Shown one piece after another: positions 1 through 4,958 of a stretch of DNA of 10,822 bases. The notes below the pieces were generated by a model that was not told the DNA's origin, did not search any database, and saw only the letters and a program-made list of their open reading frames with translations. Position 1 is the stretch's first letter. Every line of letters begins with the position of its first letter. This DNA comes from Myxococcota bacterium (lineage in GTDB: Bacteria > Myxococcota_A > Polyangia > Polyangiales > Sandaracinaceae), in contig JAYZQJ010000126.1 in NCBI GenBank assembly GCA_036149055.1, forward strand, positions 1 through 10,822, read 5' to 3'. A program made the translations under genes and the position numbers.

Positions 1-124
1 TCCGAGTCCGAGTCCGAGTCCGAGTCCGAGTCCGAGTCCGAGTCCGAGTCCGAGTCCGAGTCCGAGTCCGAGTCCGAGTCCGAGTCCGAGTCCGAGTCCG
101 AGTCCGAGTCCGAGTCCGAGTCCG
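1..124. repeat. Perfect hexanucleotide tandem repeat (TCCGAG)n, at least 20 copies, truncated by the window edge
   Basis: Positions 1-120 are 20 exact TCCGAG units, followed by TCCG. Two degenerate CCCGAG units follow at 131-142. Confidence 0.98.
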
Positions 125-227
125 CGGGCGCCCGAGCCCGAGAGTGTGGATGCCCACGTGTGGCGGGGTCGCCGGTGTCGTGCGGCCCAGCCTTCCGCGC
201 TGCGCTCGACCGTGATGGTGGGCAGAG

Positions 228-545
228 ATGCGAGTGACTCATCACGCCACGTTGACGCTCGTCGCTGCTTCGCTGGTGTCCAGCTGCGCGTGGGGCGCCA
301 TGAGCGAGAGCGCTCGCGTGGAGCGGGTGCAGAGCAGAGCGACGTTCGACCTCGACTGTGAGGCGGGGGTGCGAGTGCGAAAGATCACCGAGTACAGCTA
401 CGGGGCTGTCGGGTGCGGTCATCGCGCCACTTACGTCATGAGCCAGTGTTCGGACTTCGACTTCGAGCGCAGCTGCACCGTCGTGCTCAACGCCGTGGGA
501 GGGGAGTCGGGCCCGCTGGAGCCGCGGGATCGCCGGACGCGGTAG
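228..545 (+). CDS. Small Cys-rich putative lipoprotein (105 aa)
   Basis: A hydrophobic N-terminus ends in a lipobox-like LVSS-C20. The mature part has four Cys (C44, C63, C74, C83) in the pattern RATFDLDC...YGAVGCGHRATY...C...C, which I recall from small hypothetical proteins of myxobacteria. Confidence 0.75.
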   Translation: MRVTHHATLTLVAASLVSSCAWGAMSESARVERVQSRATFDLDCEAGVRVRKITEYSYGAVGCGHRATYVMSQCSDFDFERSCTVVLNAVGGESGPLEPRDRRTR

Positions 546-562
546 CTGCCGCGCGGAGCCAA

Positions 563-617
563 CGCACCGGGCGGCACTCCTTCGCCCTCTCGGTGCGACG
601 GAGCTTTGGGGGCTCCG
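563..617. terminator. Two GC-rich hairpins between convergent genes (possible terminator or RNA stability element)
   Basis: CGCACCG (563-569) pairs with CGGTGCG (591-597), with an inner GGCG/CGCC stem. CGGAGC (599-604) pairs with GCTCCG (612-617). There is no U-tract on either side. Confidence 0.3.
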
Positions 618-655
618 GCACTGCCCGAGGAGTCGGAGTCGGTCGCGAGCTCCCG

Positions 656-1957
656 TCAGGAAGGTGCCAGCCCGGCGGGGAGCATGCCTCGCTGGGCGAG
701 GATGGGCATGAGATAGGTGGCGACCTCGCCGAACGAGTCGCTCTCCGGATCGAGCTGTTTGCCGATCCCCTCGGCCGTCACCAGGCCCACCATGATGAGC
801 GTCATGTCCGGCACGGGGCGGATGCCGTGCTGGCGGCCGACGGCGAAGACGCGCTCGATGAGGGCGCCGAACTCGATCTCGCTCGCGGGCTTGCCGCGGA
901 AGCCCGAGAGGAAGCCGTTGACGTCGTCCTCGAGGTTCTCCCAGTCGACGCTCTCCTCGGCGTACGAGTGGTACGTGCGCAGGTGCTTCACGAAGTCGGG
1001 GCCAGTGCCCATCACCAGGCACTTGTTGAAGTCGATGTATTGCTCGAGCAGCTCGTCGTCGAGCGCCTTGGAGAGGCCCACGTCGAAGATCGCGACCTTG
1101 CCGTCCGCCTGGATCAGCAGATTGCCAGGGTGCAAGTCCGCGTGCAGGAAGCCGTCCTCGAAGAGCATCTTCAGGAAGGCGCGTCGGAGGCGCACGGCCG
1201 TCTCCGGGTGCTCGCCGTCGGCCAGCGCGTCGACCTTCTTGCCCCGGATGAAGTCCATCGTCATCACCCGCTCGCCGCTGAGCGCCGGGTAGATCTCCGG
1301 GAAGGTGATGTGATCGACGCGGCTGAAGTTGGCCCGGAAGCGCTCGTAGTTCTTCGCCTCGATGCGCAGATCCGTCTGGGCGAGCACCCCGTCGACGAAG
1401 TGCTCGAGGTGGCCGGCGAGGTTGGCGTGGCGGGCGTGCGGGTGGAGCTTCATCGCGACCCGGGCGAGCGAGAGCAGGATCTGCCCGTCGCGCTCGCTCT
1501 TCTCGCGCACGTCGGGGCGCAGCACCTTGACGGCGACCTCGGTGCCGTCGCGCAGGCGCCCTCGGTGCACCTGGGCCACGCTCGCCGCCGCGACGGGCTC
1601 GGCGTCGAGCTCGGCGAACTCCTCGTCGATCGGCCGGCCGAGCGCCGCCTCGATCTGCGCGCGAGCGCCGCCGAACGCGGGCAGCCGATCCTGCAGCAGG
1701 GACAGCTCGTCGATGAGCTCCGGCTCGAAGAGATCCGGCCGCGTGCTCATCACCTGGCCCAGCTTGATGAAGGTCGCGCCGAGGGTGGTGAAGGCGCCGC
1801 GGAGCACCCGGCCGCGCAGGTGAGAGACGGCGCGGCGGCGCCGCTCCGGATCGCGCTCCATCAGCGTGGCGAGCCGGCCGAGGCCGTAGCGCAGCAGCGC
1901 GAAGAGGGCGACGGCGGCGATCGCGAGGGAGCGACCGAGGTGGCCGAGCGAGCGCAT
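656..1957 (-). CDS. ABC1/AarF/UbiB-family atypical protein kinase-like protein (433 aa)
   Basis: Motifs: LGATFIKLGQ (KxGQ), AAASVAQVH (A-rich loop), VAVKV, HADLHPGN (catalytic loop) and IFDVG. Start placed at ATG 1957 (MRSLGHLGR) because the track start at 2065 overlaps the divergent gene and adds non-conserved sequence. Confidence 0.93.
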   Translation of the reverse strand: MRSLGHLGRSLAIAAVALFALLRYGLGRLATLMERDPERRRRAVSHLRGRVLRGAFTTLGATFIKLGQVMSTRPDLFEPELIDELSLLQDRLPAFGGARAQIEAALGRPIDEEFAELDAEPVAAASVAQVHRGRLRDGTEVAVKVLRPDVREKSERDGQILLSLARVAMKLHPHARHANLAGHLEHFVDGVLAQTDLRIEAKNYERFRANFSRVDHITFPEIYPALSGERVMTMDFIRGKKVDALADGEHPETAVRLRRAFLKMLFEDGFLHADLHPGNLLIQADGKVAIFDVGLSKALDDELLEQYIDFNKCLVMGTGPDFVKHLRTYHSYAEESVDWENLEDDVNGFLSGFRGKPASEIEFGALIERVFAVGRQHGIRPVPDMTLIMVGLVTAEGIGKQLDPESDSFGEVATYLMPILAQRGMLPAGLAPS

Positions 1958-1964
1958 CGGCGGG

Positions 1965-1970
1965 ACGGTA
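1965..1970 (-). promoter_or_regulatory. Putative -10 element (TACCGT) for a leaderless transcript of the UbiB-family gene
   Basis: The minus strand reads gcgc-TACCGT-cccgccg-ATG: a TANNNT hexamer 7 nt before the start codon, with no Shine-Dalgarno sequence. Confidence 0.5.
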
Positions 1971-2009
1971 GCGCTGGCGCGCCGGAGACGAAAGCGCCAG
2001 AGATGGAGC

Positions 2010-2987
2010 GTGGGCCCGGAGTGGATCGTCCTGTCGATCGCGGTGAGCGCGCTCCTGGGGGGCACGGCGCTCGTCGGCGCCGCGCACTCGCGCCGGGCGG
2101 CCCGGTGGCAGGACGAGGTCGAGGCGCGCTGGCGTGAGGCGGCGGACTCGCTCGGCGGGACCCTCGAGGTCGGCGGGAGCGGGGCGCTGGCGCCGCGGGA
2201 GCTGCGCCTCGTCGCGCGCCTCGAGGACGTCGAGGCGTCGGCACGCGCGACCGTGCCGGTGGAGCCCGCGGTCGGCTCCTACACCGAGGCGTGGGCCGAG
2301 TACCTGCTCGGCGCCGGCCCGGTGTTCGAGGGGCACGAGCGCGGCGCGACCGACCTGCCGCGCCGGGAGCTCCCTTCGAGGCTGGCGAGCGCGGACCCCG
2401 AGGCGCTGGGCGCGGTGCTGTCTCCGCGCGTGTTCACCCTGCTCGAGGCGATGCCGGGCGGGCTCACGCTCCGCGGCGACGGCGAGCGCGTCCTGCTGCA
2501 GTGGGGGGGCACCGAGCGCACCGCCGAGGTGCTGGAGCGGGCGCTCCGGCTGGTGGCCGCGCTCGCCCGGCACGGCGCCGATCATCTGCGCGAGCTCGCC
2601 GCGATCGACGGCGGCGCGTGGGAGCCGCGGGCCGAGGGAGGGCCGCGCGTCCGGGTCCGCCGCGGGCAGGCCGAGGTCAGCTTGCGCGTCGCCCGGGTCG
2701 AGGGCGCGGCGGTCACGCTGGCGACGGTCGCCACCCGACGCGACGTGCCGGTGTTCCGGGTGGGCGTCGACGCGAGCGGAGAGCTCGACGGAGCGCTCCC
2801 CGACGGCGTGCTCGACCCCTCCTTCTCGCATCACCTGCGGCGGGTCGGCCGCTGCGCGCTCGAGAGCGACGGGGCGTCCCTGACCCTCACGTGGCGCAGC
2901 CCCCCGACGCTCGCGCAGGCCGAGGCGGCGGTGGTGCTCCTGGCGCCGGTCGCCGCCGGCTCCGGCGCGCAAGGCGCCTTCCGGTGA
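2010..2987 (+). CDS. Hypothetical protein with N-terminal membrane anchor and two tandem alpha/beta domains (325 aa)
   Basis: GTG start. The hydrophobic segment WIVLSIAVSALLGGTALVGAA is followed by Arg-rich residues. This frame has strong G/C third-position bias and fills the gap between the flanking genes. Internal similarity is visible between aa ~41-187 and ~193-316. Confidence 0.8.
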   Translation: MGPEWIVLSIAVSALLGGTALVGAAHSRRAARWQDEVEARWREAADSLGGTLEVGGSGALAPRELRLVARLEDVEASARATVPVEPAVGSYTEAWAEYLLGAGPVFEGHERGATDLPRRELPSRLASADPEALGAVLSPRVFTLLEAMPGGLTLRGDGERVLLQWGGTERTAEVLERALRLVAALARHGADHLRELAAIDGGAWEPRAEGGPRVRVRRGQAEVSLRVARVEGAAVTLATVATRRDVPVFRVGVDASGELDGALPDGVLDPSFSHHLRRVGRCALESDGASLTLTWRSPPTLAQAEAAVVLLAPVAAGSGAQGAFR

Positions 2988-2990
2988 GCG

Positions 2991-4496
2991 TCAGGACGCG
3001 AGCAGCGCGTCCGCGAACGTCATCCCGAGGCCCATGATCGTGTGCTGCGGGTTCACCCCGAGGTTGCTCGGGATGACCGACGCGTCCGCGACCACCAGCC
3101 CCTCGTACCCGTGCACGCGCCCGCGACCGTCGACCACCGACGTGGCCGGATCGCTGCCCATCACGCAGCCGCCGAAGAGGTGGCTGAGGATCGCGATGTA
3201 GGCCCGCGGGTCGAGGGGCGCCTCCTTCAGCCGATCGACCTCGTCCGGCGCGAGCGAGTAGGGCAGGCCGTGGATGCCGGGGATGATCTTCTTGGCGCCC
3301 GCGGCCACGTGCGTCCTCGCCACCCGCCACATGCCCTCGCGGAAGCGCAGCATGTCCTCGCGGTGGAGCCCGTACTTCACGACCGGCTTGCCGCCGAAGC
3401 CCTTCTTCACCACGCCGGTGGATTCGGCCCGCACCGCGTGCACCCACATGCAGACGTGGCGGTACTCGAGGAGGCGCTCCATGAGCGCGGCGCCGCCGCC
3501 CCCGAGCCGGCTGGCGACCATCTCCATCGGGATGCTCAGGGTCTCGAGCTTCAGGCCGGGCTCCTCGCGGAACGCGGTCGAGGCCCAGCCCTGGGTCGCG
3601 CCGGCGTTCATGTCCACCGGGTCGTCGTAGACGCCGAAGACGCCCGTGCCGGGGTGGGCGCGGAACTCGTGGCCGAGCGCGCGGCTCCGAACGCCCGAGC
3701 GCATCAGGAGCACCGGGCTGTGGGTGGCGCTGGCCGCGACGACCACCGCCTCGCGGGCGCGCACCTCGAAGCGCCCGCCCCGGCGTCGCTCGCGCGGGTG
3801 GACGAAGCTGCCGGTCACCGCCGTCGCGCGGCGACCCTCGAAGCGGACCCGGTCGACCGGCGCGGCGCTGAGCACGTGGCCGCCCCGCTCGAGCACCTCG
3901 GGCACGTAGTTGAGGTTGGTGCTCTGCTTGCGCAGCTTCTTGCAGCCCTGGAGGCACTGGCCGGTGCCCTCGCAGCCCTTGACGTAGCGCCGGATCCAGT
4001 GGCTGTCGTAGCCCTCGCGCTCGGCGCCGAGCATCGCGAGCCGGTTGCTGTGGCCGCGGGCGGCCGGCGGGACCTCCTCCACGCAGAGATCGCGCTCGAC
4101 CGTGTCCTGGTGAGCCCAGACGGCGTCCGCGAGGGCCGCGTCGAGGCCGCGCTCTCGCTGCCACTGCGCGAAGATGTCGCCGGGCGTGCGCACGCAGATG
4201 GCGCTGTTGACGACGGTGGTGCCGCCGACGCAGCGGGCCTGCACGATGGGCCAGAGCGCGCGACCGCGGGCGATCTGCGAGCCCCAGTCGTCGAGCAGAT
4301 CGCGCATCGCGCCGTACGCGCTCACCGGGTAGTGCTCGGGGTCGCGCCAGGCGCCCGCCTCCACGATGGCGACCTCGGCCCCTCCGCGCGCCAGCTGCAC
4401 CGCCGCCGCCGCGCCCCCGGCCCCGCTGCCGACCACCACGTAGTCGGCCTCGAGGGCCACGTCGTCGCCTCGCTCCCGGAACGCGGTGTGACCCAT
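2991..4496 (-). CDS. GMC-family FAD oxidoreductase (501 aa)
   Basis: Motifs: DYVVVGSGAGG...IVEAG (FAD-binding), VGGTTVVN, CEGTGQCLQGC (Cys cluster), SHLFGGCVMG, GLVVADASVIP and GVNPQHTI (His/Asn catalytic pair). ATG 4496 overlaps the upstream stop codon (TGATG), which supports it over the track start at 4763. Confidence 0.94.
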   Translation of the reverse strand: MGHTAFRERGDDVALEADYVVVGSGAGGAAAAVQLARGGAEVAIVEAGAWRDPEHYPVSAYGAMRDLLDDWGSQIARGRALWPIVQARCVGGTTVVNSAICVRTPGDIFAQWQRERGLDAALADAVWAHQDTVERDLCVEEVPPAARGHSNRLAMLGAEREGYDSHWIRRYVKGCEGTGQCLQGCKKLRKQSTNLNYVPEVLERGGHVLSAAPVDRVRFEGRRATAVTGSFVHPRERRRGGRFEVRAREAVVVAASATHSPVLLMRSGVRSRALGHEFRAHPGTGVFGVYDDPVDMNAGATQGWASTAFREEPGLKLETLSIPMEMVASRLGGGGAALMERLLEYRHVCMWVHAVRAESTGVVKKGFGGKPVVKYGLHREDMLRFREGMWRVARTHVAAGAKKIIPGIHGLPYSLAPDEVDRLKEAPLDPRAYIAILSHLFGGCVMGSDPATSVVDGRGRVHGYEGLVVADASVIPSNLGVNPQHTIMGLGMTFADALLAS

Positions 4497-4891
4497 CAGG
4501 TGGTCCTCCAGGTGCCCGGATCCTCGGCGTAGGGCGCCATCGCGAAGCGCTCGCGGACCTTCGGGTGGGCGCCCCAGCAGAGCCCGGCGGCGAGCTTCAC
4601 GAGGAAGACCGCCTGGCGGACCAGGTAGAGGCGCGAGCTCGTGATGCGGTGCGCGTGGCGGTCGAGCGTCTTCCGGGGGAGGAGGAAGGACGGGAGCGGC
4701 CAGCCCACCGTGAGGAGCGGCGTCCAGACGAACACCAGGGTGCCCATCACCAGGCCCAGCCACATGAGGCCGGTGGCCTCGCGACGGTAGCGCCGCAGGA
4801 AGCCGCGGACGTCGGTGTCCGCGATGCCCGGGAGGGTCTCCGTTCGGGGATAAAACGCCTCCATGGCGTGCTGGATAAACCAGTTGACCAC
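4496..4891 (-). CDS. Small GMC partner protein, gluconate 2-dehydrogenase subunit 3-like helical protein (~131 aa)
   Basis: This is the last 132 codons of the 1361-aa track ORF. Protein-like sequence EAFYPRTETLPGIADTDVRGFL...LVRQAVFLVKLAAGLCWGAHPKVRERFAMAPY resembles small proteins encoded upstream of GMC genes. Its stop codon overlaps the GMC ATG. Start is GTG 4891 (alternative ATG 4864). Confidence 0.8.
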   Translation of the reverse strand: MVNWFIQHAMEAFYPRTETLPGIADTDVRGFLRRYRREATGLMWLGLVMGTLVFVWTPLLTVGWPLPSFLLPRKTLDRHAHRITSSRLYLVRQAVFLVKLAAGLCWGAHPKVRERFAMAPYAEDPGTWRTT

Positions 4892-4958
4892 GCCGCTACA
4901 TACCTCGTCTCGACGCGTCTCGCACGTGTCACCGACGCGCTGGTATAAGGCGGCATGG
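4888..4958. promoter_or_regulatory. Divergent promoter region with two back-to-back -10-like elements next to the start codons
   Basis: Plus strand: TGG-TATAAG-gcggc-ATG (hexamer 4944-4949, with TG extension). Minus strand: GG-TATGTA-gcggc-GTG (hexamer 4902-4897). The intergenic gap is 63 bp. Confidence 0.55.

Noticed and set aside
1..242. Minus-strand Asp-Ser repeat protein starting at ATG 242, or a CRISPR-like array
   Set aside because: The sequence preceding the DS tract is not protein-like, has no signal peptide and overlaps the lipoprotein start. The repeat has no spacers, so it is not a CRISPR array. Coding status cannot be fully excluded without upstream sequence.
656..1957. Assigning the symbol ubiB and a ubiquinone pathway together with the methyltransferase and oxygenase
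   Set aside because: There is no ubiE-ubiJ-ubiB context, the motif variants differ from canonical UbiB, the methyltransferase is not recognisably UbiE or UbiG, and the genes are not co-oriented.
413..2137. 574-aa plus-strand ORF
   Set aside because: Antisense shadow of the UbiB-family kinase, with no recognisable motifs.
2887..4532. 496-aa (+) and 425-aa (-) ORFs over the GMC gene
   Set aside because: Antisense or off-frame shadows with biased (R/P/A/G- or H/V-rich) composition. The GMC frame carries all the family motifs.
4497..4763. N-terminal extension of the GMC ORF to 4763
   Set aside because: It overlaps the small partner gene in another frame and is Pro/Arg-rich. The TGATG coupling marks 4496 as the start.
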